Shown: positions 52,588 to 62,749, counted from the stretch's first letter. The stretch is 64,000 nt of DNA from an uncultured Candidatus Rokubacteria bacterium (GCA_963758635.1 CAVWWD010000006.1:320001-384000); one strand, 5' to 3'. Made by a program: numbers and translations. The notes: generated by a model not told the origin, from the letters alone.

Positions 52588-53999
52588 TCAGGACTGGGAA
52601 CGAATCCTGTCGACCGAGGCGGGGCCGCCGGGGACCCTGGGCGCCGCCCGGGCCGACGGCCGCAGGAATCCCTCGACCTTGTGCGCGATGGGCCGGGCGG
52701 GATCGTAGAGCTTGCGCCACGGGTTGTCGCGGCCGGCGATCAGGTCGGCGATCAGGATGCCCGCGATGGTGCCGTGCGTGAGACCCATCCCGGTGTCGCC
52801 GGTCGCCACGTAGACGTTGTCGGCGTCGTCGGGATGGGACCCGATGAAGGCGAGGCCGTCCAGCGAGTTCATCCACGCGACCCGACCATCGGAAGTCCAC
52901 GTCCTCCGCCATGGGGAACCGGTCCCGGACCCATGCCTCGAGCGCCTCGTATCGCCTTCGCCGTCGTCGGCCTGTCCCGCCGGATGATCCTCGCCTCCCA
53001 CGATCAGCAGATCGTGCCCGAGCCGCCGGCGTCCCCCGCGCGCCCCGCGCGCACCCAGGACAGCCGCACGTAATGGTACGGATCATCGGTGTCCCAGTAC
53101 AGCCCCTGCGGGATCGACCGGGTGGGCACGCGGACGCCGATCGCGTAGCTCGTGTACGCGGCCTGCTTCCGGTGGGTCCCGTCGAGGTTGACGATCGGCG
53201 TGTTGGTGGCGAGCACGACCGCGTCGGCCCTCACCGCCCGGCCCGACGAGACGCACACGGAAACCGTCGAGCCGACATCGAGGCCTTCGACGTGGACACG
53301 GCCGAAGATGCGGCCGCCGCCGCGCGAGATGGCGCGGGCGAGCCCGGACACGTACTTGAGAGGATGGAACTGCGCCTGGCCAGGGAAGACCAGGCACCGG
53401 CCGGTGTCGAACGGGAGGGGGGCCCGCGCGCGCCAGTGCACGCCGGTGAGCCCGGCCGCGCGGGCGGCCGTCAGCTCGCGCCCGAGGATATCGGGCGAGT
53501 CGCCGGGGGCCGGGAAGAGGTAGCCGTCCACGGTCTCGAAGTCGCAGGAGATGCGCTCGCGATCCACGGTGGCGGCGATCTCGGCGATGGCGGCGGTGTG
53601 GCTCCCCGCGGCCAGCCGTGCCCCCACCGTCCCGTGCAGCCGGGCGATGGTCTGGTAGTACGCGTCCATCGCGTTCGAGAGGTGCGCGGTGCTGCGGCCG
53701 GTCTCCCCGCCCCCGAGCGGCCCGTCGTCGAGCACGATGACCGAGCGGCCCTCGGCGGTGAGACGGTACGCGGTGGTCAGGCCCGCGATGCCCGCGCCGA
53801 CGACGCAGATCTCGGTGCGAACGTCACGGGTGAGCGCGGGGCGCCCGACGACGTTGTACGTGGCCGACCACACCGAGGCGCTCTGTTGAGGGCCGGCGCT
53901 CGGGCGCTCGCGGACCGGCGCCTGGCGCGTGGTCGTCGGACGGCGCGCGCGTCCGTTCCCCGAGCCGGGCAGCCGGGGACGTCTCGTGCGAAGCGGCAT
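52588..53999 (-). pseudogene. YhfW-like FAD-dependent oxidoreductase, frameshifted and lacking the C-terminal Rieske domain
   Basis: GAGIAG, GETGRSTAHL, QAQFHPLKY, WDTDDPYHY, TGDTGMGLTHG, LYDP.R then ends. Confidence 0.7.
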
Positions 54000-54035
54000 G
54001 CCTTCGCCGCCCGCGCTCAGGACCGCCGCCGGCGC

Positions 54036-54281
54036 TCACAGGAGCGGGACGGCATCCGGGCTGCCCATGGGCTCTTCGGGGATCACGGCCGACTCGCGTA
54101 CCGTCTCTCCGACGCCGTATCTGAGCTGGGTGGGCACGGACGCCTCCACCATCTCCGGACGGCCGTACGCCTCCGGATGCTGGTGACGGAAGCATCGATC
54201 CATCATGTCGGAAGCAGACCGCTTCATCTCGACCGTGATCTCCGGCATCGACCGCGTCATCTCGATCGTCATCTCGGGCAT
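54036..54281 (-). CDS. Small hypothetical protein with an 11-aa tandem duplication
   Basis: GGAGGAG RBS; MPEMTIEMTRS-MPEITVEMKRS. Confidence 0.45.
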   Translation of the reverse strand: MPEMTIEMTRSMPEITVEMKRSASDMMDRCFRHQHPEAYGRPEMVEASVPTQLRYGVGETVRESAVIPEEPMGSPDAVPLL

Positions 54282-54472
54282 CGCCTCGACTCCTCCGCTG
54301 GCCCGGGCCGTCACGGGATGCCATCACCCGGAGCCACCTCCCTTTCGCGAGCAAGATGCGGGCCAGCGGCGATCCCTGTGACGTTCGACACTTGCGGATG
54401 CGGCCGAGGGTGAGCTGCTGCAAGGACAGCGAGACGGCAGGAAGAAACTACCGCGGCGCGCGGAGTCGCTCC

Positions 54473-56200
54473 TCAGCGCCCGCGGCAGGCCGGGCAGTCC
54501 AGGTCGTCCGGGCCCTGGTACACGGAGCGTGCCGCCGCCGCGGTGACGTAGCCATTGATGACGTCGTCCCGGACCTTCTCGGTGTTTCTCCGAGCCGGCG
54601 CGCCGAATCCGCCCGCGCCGGGGGCGCGGAGCACGATCAGCGAGCCGGCGGGCGCGGCGAAGGCCCCCTTCTCCAGCAGCTCGCGCTCGGCCCCGTCGAG
54701 GCCGATCAGCGAGATGCGCCCGGGCGCGCCCGCGCCGCCGCCGGCGAGGCCGAACGGCGCCGACTTGGTGCGCTCGAGGCAGACGCTCGCGTGGCTCGGG
54801 CCGCCCAGGATGCGCCACGCGCGCTCGACCGCGCAGCCGCCACGGTGGAGACCCGGGCCGCCGGAGTCGGGCACGATCTCGTAGCGCTCCACGCGCACGG
54901 GAAAGCTCATCTCGAGGATCTCGATGGGCGTGTTCATGGTGTTCGAGATCGCGCTCGCCACGCCGGTGATGCCGTCCTTGGTCGGGCGCGCCCCGAAGCC
55001 GCCCTTGATCGTCTCGTAGCTCACGTAGCGCGTCCCCGTCCGGTGGTCCACGCCGCCGAGCGTGAGGATGGCCGAGGTGCCCTGCGAGCACGCCATCACG
55101 CGGTCCGGGGCGAGCTGGGCCAGCGCGCCGAAGAGCATGTCGGCGACGCGGTGGGAGATCTCGTGGTTGGCGTACACGACGGGCGCCGGCGACACCGCGT
55201 TCACCACCGTGCCCGGCTCGGCGCGAAGCTCCACGGGCCGCCAGCAGCCTGAGTTCGGCGGCACGAGGTCGCCGGGATCGGCCACCATCTTGATGGCCGC
55301 GTAGATGCCGGAGGCGGTGACGGCGAGCGGCGCGTTCATCGGGCCGGGAACCTGGCCGTCGGTGCCCGTGAAGTCCACGAGGAGCCGGTCGCCCTGCTTG
55401 GTGACGCGCATGCGGATCCAGAACGGCGCGTCGTCCTTCTCTCCCTCCTCGATGATGCCGTCGCCGTCGCAGAAGTCCTCGAAGAACGCGGTGCCGTCGG
55501 GCAGGCCGGCGAGCATGACGCGCATCATGCGCTCGGAGTAGTCCATCACCTCCTGCATGATGGCGAGGAGCCGCGCCGCGCCGTGGCGGCGCGCCAGCTC
55601 GGCGAGCCGGGTGACGCCGCGGAGGTTGGCGGCGATCTGCGCGCGCAGGTCGCCCCGGCGCTCGTCGGGGGTGCGCACGTTGGCGAAGATGATCTGGTCC
55701 ACGTCGTGGTTGAGGACCCCCGCGGCGTAGAGGCGCACCGGGGGCAGGCGCAGGCCCTCGCCGAAGATCTCGGTGGTCGCGCCGTAGCTGCCCGGGGTGG
55801 CGCTGCCGATGTCGGGCCAGTGGGCGCGCACGCACCCCCAGCCCAGCAGCGTCCCCTCGTGGAAGGCCGGCATCACGACGTTCACGTCCGGGAGGTGGCT
55901 CCCGCCGAAGTAGGGATCGTTGTGGATGAAGATGTCGCCCGGCGCCACCGCCGGCCACGCGCGGATGACGGCCTTCACGGCGAGCGGCATCGAGCCCAGG
56001 TGGATGGGCAGGTCCGGCCCCTGCGCCACCATCTCCCCCGCCACGTCGAAGAGGCCGCAGGAGTAGTCGCCCGCCACCTTGAGCAGCGGCGAGTAGGCGG
56101 TCTTGGCGAGCACCACCTTCATCTCCTCGGCCGCGCAGTACAGCGCGTTCTTCACCACCTCGAAGGTGGCGGGATCGATCCCGGACCTTGGCTCAGCCAT
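54473..56200 (-). CDS. Hydantoinase B / oxoprolinase family
   Basis: NDPYFGGSHLPD, HWPDIG, NTP.E, DSGGPG.HRGG. Confidence 0.9.
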   Translation of the reverse strand: MAEPRSGIDPATFEVVKNALYCAAEEMKVVLAKTAYSPLLKVAGDYSCGLFDVAGEMVAQGPDLPIHLGSMPLAVKAVIRAWPAVAPGDIFIHNDPYFGGSHLPDVNVVMPAFHEGTLLGWGCVRAHWPDIGSATPGSYGATTEIFGEGLRLPPVRLYAAGVLNHDVDQIIFANVRTPDERRGDLRAQIAANLRGVTRLAELARRHGAARLLAIMQEVMDYSERMMRVMLAGLPDGTAFFEDFCDGDGIIEEGEKDDAPFWIRMRVTKQGDRLLVDFTGTDGQVPGPMNAPLAVTASGIYAAIKMVADPGDLVPPNSGCWRPVELRAEPGTVVNAVSPAPVVYANHEISHRVADMLFGALAQLAPDRVMACSQGTSAILTLGGVDHRTGTRYVSYETIKGGFGARPTKDGITGVASAISNTMNTPIEILEMSFPVRVERYEIVPDSGGPGLHRGGCAVERAWRILGGPSHASVCLERTKSAPFGLAGGGAGAPGRISLIGLDGAERELLEKGAFAAPAGSLIVLRAPGAGGFGAPARRNTEKVRDDVINGYVTAAAARSVYQGPDDLDCPACRGR

Positions 56201-56211
56201 GCGCGTCTCCC

Positions 56212-58297
56212 TCAGCCATGCGCGTCTCCCTCCAGGATCATGAACCCCTGGTCGTCCGCGCGGGCGCGCCAGCCCGGGGGAACGACGACGGTGCTGTCCA
56301 TGGACTCGACGATCACCGGTCCCGCGTACGAGCGCCCGATCGCGAGCGCGTCGCGGGCGAGCACGTCGACGCGGACCGTCCCGACCTCCGTGAAGTGGGC
56401 GAGCCGCGACCCGGCGGGCGCGCCGCCGGCCGCGCGCCCGTCCCGGAACAGCTCGAGGCCGCCGAGGCGGCCGACCGCGGAGGCGCGGACGTTCACCACC
56501 TGGACGGGCTCGTCCGGGCTCGCGTGGCCGTACGTCATGCGGTGCTTGTCGTGGAAGTCCGCGGCCAGCCGCGCGATCGTCTCCACGGTCACGGGACCCG
56601 GCGCGACCGGCACCGTCAGCTCGTACGCCTGCCGGCCGTAACGGAGGTCCGCGGCGCGGCCGATCTCGCGGCGCTCGGGCGGCACGCCGGCCCGGTCCAG
56701 CATGGCCGCGGCGGCCGCGGTGAGCTCGCCCCACGCGCGCGCCAGGTCGGGCGCGCGCGCGGCGTCCAGCCGCGCGTAGAACGTCTTCACGTAGTCGCGC
56801 CGGAGATCGCTCGCCACGAGGCCGAGCGCGGAGAAGCCGCCGGGGACGGGCGGCACGATGACGCGGGGGATCTCCAGCTCCTGGGCCAGCCGCGCGGCGT
56901 GCACGGGCCCGGCGCCGCCGAAGGCCACCAGGGCGAAGTCGCGCGGATCGTAGCCGCGCTCGACGGAGACGATGCGAAGGGCGGCGGCCATCCCCGCGTC
57001 GACCACGTCCACGATGGCGGCGGCCGCGGCCAGCGCCTCGAGCCCGAGGGGCCGGGCGATGCGCGTCTCGATGGCCTCCCGCGCGCGGTCCAGGTGCACG
57101 GGCAGCGCGCCGCCGAGGAGCGCGACCGGGTTCAGGTAGCCCAGCACCAGGTCGGCGTCGGTCACCGTCGGCCGCTCGCCGCCGTGGCCGTAGCAGACGG
57201 GGCCGGGCTCGGCGCCCGCGCTCTCCGGCCCTACCCGGAGCGCCCCGCCCGGATCGATCCACGCGATGCTGCCGCCGCCCGCGCTCACCTCGGCCAGGTC
57301 GATCACGGGCACGCGGATCGGGTGCCCGGTGCCGTGCAGCCAGCGGCGCACGTTGCCCGCGCCGCCGACCTCGTACTCCGACGTGGTCTTGATCTCGCCG
57401 CGCTCGATCAGGCTCGCCTTCGCGGTGGTCCCGCCCATGTCGAACGAGATGACGTTGTCCACGCCGAGCCGGCGGCCGGCGAGGGCGGCGGCGATGACGC
57501 CGGCGGCCGGGCCCGACTCGACGGCCATGGCGGGCATGGCGAGGCCCTCGGCCACCGAGAAGACGCCGCCGCTCGACCCCATCACGTGCGGCGCGGGAAA
57601 TCCGAGGCCGGTCACGGCGGACTCCAGGCGGCCGAGGTACGAGCCGAGGATCGGGCCCACGTACGCGCACACCGCGGTCGTGCTCGCGCGCTCGAACTCG
57701 CGCACCTCGGGCAGCACCTCCGAGGAGAGGTACACGGGGCGCCCGGGGAGCGCGGCGCGCAGGCGCTCGCCGATGGCGCGCTCGTGCGAGGCGTCGAGGA
57801 ACGAGAACAGCAGGCACACCGCCACCGCCTCCACGTCGTGGCGCCGGATGAACTCGATGGCCGCGGTCCACCTCGTCGAGCCGGAGCGGCTCGACCACGC
57901 GCCCCTCCGCGTCGAGCCGCTCGGTGACCTCGAGGCGCAGGTGCCGCGGCACGAGCACGGCGGGGGCGTCCTGGAACAGGTCGTAGAGCGAGGCGCGCGC
58001 CGAGCGCCGGAGCTCGAGCACGTCGCGGCAGCCGCGGGTCGTCACCAGCGCGGTGCGCGCGCCCTTGCCCTCGAGGAGCGCGTTGGTGACCACGGTGGTC
58101 GCATGCGCGAGCCAGCGGACCTCGCGCGGGGCGATGCCGCGCCGGGCCACCGCGGCGGCGAGGGCGTCGAGCACGCCACGGGCGAAGTCGCGCGGCGTCG
58201 TGGGCACCTTCACCACGTCCATGCTGCCCGCCGTCTCCTCGACGAGGACGACGTTGGTGAAGGTGCCGCCGATGTCCACGCCGACCCGCCAGCTCAC
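56212..58297 (-). CDS. Hydantoinase A / oxoprolinase family (indel near 57868)
   Basis: GVDIGGTFT, ESGPAAG, DMGGTTAK, AGGGSIA, FGGAGPVH. Confidence 0.88.
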
Positions 58298-59331
58298 GCG
58301 TTCGCGCCCGCCGCGGTGGACAGGGTCGGGGCGACGCCCGTGATCCGCGCGAACCGGGCGGCGGCGCGGCGGCCGTAGGACGAGGCGTCGAGCCGGCCGA
58401 CGGCAGGGCCGCCCCGCGCCGCCGCTCGATGCACCTCGGCCACGCGGATCAGCCCGCGCATGCAGGCCACCGCCTCGTAGTACTCGAGGGTCGACGGGTC
58501 GAACGACCGCCGGCGCCGGTAGCCGGCCAGGTACCTCCGGAGGAGGAGCCGCCGCGCCACGTCGATCAGGGGCCGGACGGCAGCGGGCACGCCGAGCACC
58601 TCGACAGGCGTCAGCTCCAGTAGCGCCTTCGTCGCCGCCACGTCGTAGGCGGGATCGCCGACCACGGCGTTCGGCCAGTCGAGCACGCCGGTGATCGCCC
58701 CGGCCGAGACCAGGATGTTGCCGGGGTGGAAGTCGCCGTGGCAGATGACCCGCCGCGCCGGCTCCGCGGGCCGGTGCGCGAGGAGCCAGTCCATCGCGGG
58801 CTCGAGGCCGGCGAACGGCGGACCGGCCACGCGAGCGGCGAAGTCCGCGAGGAGACCGCCGACCGTGATCACGTCACCGGCGCCCGCCGCATCCGTCGCG
58901 CGAACCACCGGGGCGGCGTCGAGGTCGTGGAGGCGGAGCTGCGCCGCGACGAGCGCGGGAGCGACGCCGAAGCGCTTGGCGTCGAGCATCGGACGCCCCG
59001 GCTTGCGCTCCATCACGAGGAAGGCCGCGCCGAGCGCCTCGGGATCGGCGCACGCGGAGAGCACCGCGGGGGCCGGATAGCCGAGCGCGGCCACGGCATC
59101 CTGGACCGCCCGCTCCCTCAGCACGCGCGTGGGCTGCGAGCGCGCGGCGAGGAGCCGGAGGATCAAGGGCCCGCGCGACGCCGGCGGGCCGCCCTCGAGC
59201 CGGAACGAGAAGATCTGGGTGTCGTACCCGCCACGGATGGCGGCGAGCGGCTCGGCGAGACGAAGCGCGGGCGCCTCCAGGTCGATACGCAGGTAGTCGA
59301 GGAGGCGACTCGACAGGTCCGGCAACATCAC
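58294..59331 (-). CDS. APH-family phosphotransferase
   Basis: CHGDFHPGNIL, VLDW, GDP.YD. Confidence 0.85.
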   Translation of the reverse strand: MMLPDLSSRLLDYLRIDLEAPALRLAEPLAAIRGGYDTQIFSFRLEGGPPASRGPLILRLLAARSQPTRVLRERAVQDAVAALGYPAPAVLSACADPEALGAAFLVMERKPGRPMLDAKRFGVAPALVAAQLRLHDLDAAPVVRATDAAGAGDVITVGGLLADFAARVAGPPFAGLEPAMDWLLAHRPAEPARRVICHGDFHPGNILVSAGAITGVLDWPNAVVGDPAYDVAATKALLELTPVEVLGVPAAVRPLIDVARRLLLRRYLAGYRRRRSFDPSTLEYYEAVACMRGLIRVAEVHRAAARGGPAVGRLDASSYGRRAAARFARITGVAPTLSTAAGANA

Positions 59332-59615
59332 GGCGAAACCCGGCCGAGGACAGCCAGCGCGTCCAGGCTCTTCCGGTCGCGGACGGGAGACTTGGGCATG
59401 GGTGGATGGGCTGGCTCGCCTTCGCCTTGATCCGTCTGGTCGCCCAAAGTATAGCCGTAGACCAGCAGATCGAACCCGACGAGCGTTGGCCGCCGCAGCG
59501 CCGTCTCAGCGGGAGTCCATCGTGCCCTCACTTCCCGAACGGCCGGGGCATTAAAGGAACACGCCGCCGCGACTGTATCCGAATCCATTCAGTCATCGGT
59601 CGTCGCCGATTTGCC

Positions 59616-59659
59616 TTGCTCGACCCGAGTCATTCGTCTATGTTCGACACCCACGAACA
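59616..59659 (+). promoter_or_regulatory. Candidate intI promoter with overlapping palindromic operator
   Basis: TTGCTC-N17-TATGTT; TGTTCG-N7-CGAACA at 59641-59659. Confidence 0.5.
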
Positions 59660-59677
59660 CAGGGGGGCCGCGAGCAC

Positions 59678-60487
59678 ATGGCCACTGTCGCCCTTCGATC
59701 GAGCCGCTCGCTGTCATATCCCACGGCGTCGCAATCAGCCGCTCGCCCACTTCGCGTGCGCGAAGTCGACTCGAGCGGCACGCAGAAGCCCGACTGCTCG
59801 ACCGCGACCGGGCGGCCGTCCGCGCGAGACACTACAGTCGCCGCACCGAGAAGGCCTACGTCGCGTGGATCCGCCGCTACATCCTCTTCCACGACAAGCG
59901 CCTGTACGGGGCTGGAGCTCAGGCTGCTGGAGTGCTGCCGCCTACGCGTCCAGGACGTCGATTTCGGGACGAACCAGATCGTCGTGCGGGGCGGCAAGGG
60001 CGACAAGGACCGCGTGACGATGCTGCCGGCTGCGGTGAAACCGCATCTCGCGCGGCATCTGGAGCGTGTCCGCGAGCAACATCGGCGAGATCTCGAGAGC
60101 GACGCCGGCTGGGTAGAGCTTCCGACCGCCCTCGCCCGGAAAAACCCAAATGCCGGCCGGGAGTGGGTGTGGCAGTGGGTCTTCCCGGCGACGCGGACGT
60201 ATGTCGAGCCGCTCACGCGCGAGCGTCGCCGCCATCACCTGCACGAGTCGGTCTTGCAGCGCGCGGTGAAGCACGCGGCCTGGCGCGCCGGGATCGCCAA
60301 GCGTGCGGGCCCTCATACCCTGCGCCATTCGTTCGCCACTCACCTGCTCGAGGACGGCCGGGACATCCGGACCGTCCAGGAGCTCCTGGGTCACCGTGAC
60401 GTGTCCACGACGCAGATCTACACGCACGTCCTGAACCGCGGCCCGTCCGGGGTGCGCAGCCCGCTCGACGGGATGTTGGATGCGTGA
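59678..60487 (+). pseudogene. intI: Integron integrase with an internal deletion and two compensating indels
   Basis: [37 protein letters not shown]; integron-specific [38 protein letters not shown]. Confidence 0.92.
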
Positions 60488-60631
60488 TAATCACGCCGTC
60501 CCGACCGGGATATGCGGCGCGCTACACGACATCCCCGCGTTGGATAGCACGGCCAGGGAGACCCGGCCAAGGATCAGTAAGGAGTGGGAATCACAGGACT
60601 GCAAGAACCCAGCCTGGAGGGTGCGACCGAT

Positions 60632-60706
60632 GCTACCCGGCTCCGCGTTGCAGCCTCTGGGTCGCTACGCGGGTCCGCGTATCGCCGGACCGAATAGTAG
60701 TTGGGC
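60632..60706 (+). other. Candidate attI: core GTTGGGC at 60700 with upstream direct repeats
   Basis: GTTGGGCGG is the exact complement of attC1 R'' CCGCCCAAC; repeats GCTACsCGGsTCCGCGT at 60632 and 60664. Confidence 0.65.
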
Positions 60707-60768
60707 GGATGGGCCCCCGCGTTCCGCGACGAGCCCCCGAAAGATGAGGCCCAGCGTAGAATCCAGGC

Positions 60769-61089
60769 ATGGTCGAGCCCGAGATCTTGTTCGAGGCGCG
60801 CACGCCGCTCGGGTTCGTGGTCCGCATCACGCGGGCCCGGTGGGAGTTGATCGTCACGGTGAAGCATCCCGTGATGGCCGGTCGAGAGTCCAGCGTCAAG
60901 ACGGCGCTGGAGAACCCGGACGAGGTCCGGCAGAGCCGGACAGATCCCAACATGCTTCTCTTCTACAAGGCCGAGGCTTCGCGACGCTGGGTGTGCGCCG
61001 TCACCAGGCAAACCGACGATGACGCTTTCTTGGTGACAGCTTATCCAACCGATGCGATCAAAGAGGGAATGCGCATATGGCCGAAGTAA
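60769..61089 (+). CDS. Cassette 1 gene A: DUF4258-like putative toxin
   Basis: RW..I..KHP, PDEVRQS..D, FLVTAYPT; overlaps the next gene. Confidence 0.65.
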   Translation: MVEPEILFEARTPLGFVVRITRARWELIVTVKHPVMAGRESSVKTALENPDEVRQSRTDPNMLLFYKAEASRRWVCAVTRQTDDDAFLVTAYPTDAIKEGMRIWPK

Positions 61090-61289
61090 GCGTGCTCTAC
61101 GATCGGGAGGGGCGAACGCTCACCGTCTGGTTTAGCGATCGACGACAGGAACACGTCTGCGAGGAGACGGGCGACGAGGTGATCTTGATGAAGGATTCCA
61201 CAGGACGCGTCATCGGTTTTGAGAAGCTCAACTTCTCCATCCCCGAAACCGACCGCCTCCGGGTCGCCCTTGAAACGACGCCCGCGTGA
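61077..61289 (+). CDS. Cassette 1 gene B: DUF2283 putative antitoxin
   Basis: YD.EG.TL.VWF..ETGDEVILMKD..G.VIGFE. Confidence 0.75.
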   Translation: MAEVSVLYDREGRTLTVWFSDRRQEHVCEETGDEVILMKDSTGRVIGFEKLNFSIPETDRLRVALETTPA

Positions 61290-61295
61290 TCGACC

Positions 61296-61355
61296 GCCCA
61301 ACAACACGCTTCAGCAGTCGGCGCTTCGCGCCGCTGCTGAGCGTGCGCGTTCGGC
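61296..61355 (+). other. attC1
   Basis: GCCCAAC..GCTTCAGCAG..CTGCTGAGC..GTTCGGC. Confidence 0.9.
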
Positions 61356-61440
61356 GGACGGGAGATCGGTCACACCCCGAGACGACCGAAACGATTCGCG
61401 TGCTTGCCACGCCGACACCGACTCGCCTACCATCATCTGC

Positions 61441-61668
61441 ATGGACTACCTGAGCCGGATCACGATCGATCCCGAGGTCCGCTTCGGGAAGCCCTGCGTC
61501 CGCGGGACCCGCCTGACGGTCGGGGATGTCCTGTCGTACCTGGCGTCGGGTATGACCGAGGACGACATCCTCGCCGACTTCTCGCAGCTGACGCGGGACG
61601 ATATTCGTGCCTGTCTCGCGTTCGCCGCCGAGCGAGAGCGACGCATCCTGGGCATTCCCGCTGCCTGA
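61441..61668 (+). CDS. Cassette 2 gene A: DUF433 antitoxin
   Basis: ITIDPEVRFGKPCVRGTR..LASG..IL..LT..DI.ACL.FA. Confidence 0.9.
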   Translation: MDYLSRITIDPEVRFGKPCVRGTRLTVGDVLSYLASGMTEDDILADFSQLTRDDIRACLAFAAERERRILGIPAA

Positions 61669-62002
61669 ACCCAAGCTTCTCTTTGACGAGAACCTTGCCG
61701 CAAGCTTGGCCAGCGCTCTCTCGGACCTATACCCGGACTCAGCCCACATCAGCGGCGTTGGACTCGCGGCTGCTCGCGACCGCCAAATCTGGATGTACGC
61801 TGCGGCAAACGGGTTCGTCCTCGTGACCAAGGACGAAGACTTCCATCGGCTGAGCGTTCTTCACGGCGCGCCGCCGAAGGTCGTCTGGATCGGCCTCGGC
61901 AACTGCTCGACGGACGATGTAACGCACCTCCTCCGGGCTCGGCACCGCGAGATCGTCCAATTCGTTGAGCACCCCGAGGCCACCTTTCTGGCGCTCGGGT
62001 GA
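61661..62002 (+). CDS. Cassette 2 gene B: DUF5615 PIN-like toxin (probable CTG start)
   Basis: LLFDENL, D..IW.YA, VTKDEDF, PPKVVW..GN. Confidence 0.85.
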   Translation: MPEPKLLFDENLAASLASALSDLYPDSAHISGVGLAAARDRQIWMYAAANGFVLVTKDEDFHRLSVLHGAPPKVVWIGLGNCSTDDVTHLLRARHREIVQFVEHPEATFLALG

Positions 62003-62013
62003 CGCTATCGACC

Positions 62014-62074
62014 GCCGAACAACCGGCTTGAGCGGACGCGCTACGCGGCCCGCCGCTGAACCGGAGTGTTCGGC
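62014..62074 (+). other. attC2
   Basis: GCCGAAC..GCTTGAGCGG..CCGCTGAAC..GTTCGGC; R'' complements the cassette start GTTCGGCGG. Confidence 0.88.
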
Positions 62075-62126
62075 GACTGACAAGCGGGCAGATGGGGCAA
62101 GTCACGACGTGATCGGGTGAAGCCGG

Positions 62127-62404
62127 GTGCCAAGGATCGCCGAGTTCTACGGAATCGCGATCTACATGTATTTTCGCGATCACGGCGTCCCTCACTTCCA
62201 TGCGATCTACGGCGATCAAGAAGCGGTATTCGCGATTGAAGGTTTGCGGCTGCTCGAGGGGCAGCTCCCGCGACGAGCTCTTGCGCTCGTTCGGTCCTGG
62301 GGGAAAGGTTTCGGGAAATGACACTACACGGCGATGAGCTCCAACGGAACTGGGAGTTGGCGCGGGCCAACCGATCGTTGCAGCAGATTGCGCCTCTGGA
62401 GTGA
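62127..62404 (+). pseudogene. Cassette 3 gene A: DUF4160 toxin-like gene interrupted by an insertion of about 17 nt
   Basis: MPRIAEFYGI.I.MY..DH.PHFHA.Y..LVRSW / LH.DEL..NW..IAPLE. Confidence 0.8.
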
Positions 62405-62416
62405 GGAGCTCGGTCA

Positions 62417-62734
62417 ATGAGATGGCGAGTCACCAAGGCTAAGGCGTGCGGACCCCATTCCGTGGACCTGACCTTCAAAGACGGGAGGCGCAAGCGGGTC
62501 AATCTGCTGCCCCTTCTCCAGGGGCCGGTGTTCCAGCCGCTGCGAGACCCCGCGTTTTTCGCGCGGTTGAAGCTCGATCCGCTGGCGGGAACTGTCGTCT
62601 GGCCGAATGGGGCTGACATAGCGCCCGAGACACTGTACGACCTCTCAGATGAGGCCAAGGGGAGAGCGAGAGGTCCATCGCCGAACAAGCCGCTTCAGCG
62701 GCCCGGTGCTCGCGTTGCTCGCTCCGGCCGCTGA
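62417..62734 (+). CDS. Cassette 3 gene B: DUF2442 antitoxin-like protein (ORF reads into attC3)
   Basis: TFKDG..GPVFQPLRD..F..GTVVWPNGADIAPE.LY. Confidence 0.85.
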   Translation: MRWRVTKAKACGPHSVDLTFKDGRRKRVNLLPLLQGPVFQPLRDPAFFARLKLDPLAGTVVWPNGADIAPETLYDLSDEAKGRARGPSPNKPLQRPGARVARSGR

Positions 62735-62749
62735 GCGTGAGCGTTCGGC
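62680..62749 (+). other. attC3
   Basis: GCCGAAC..GCTTCAGCGG..CCGCTGAGC..GTTCGGC; TCGCCGAAC complements the cassette start GTTCGGCGA. Confidence 0.9.

Noticed and set aside
59328..59588. 86-aa ORF, or a canonical attI/cassette 5' of intI
   Set aside because: No recognisable domain and no attC on this side of intI
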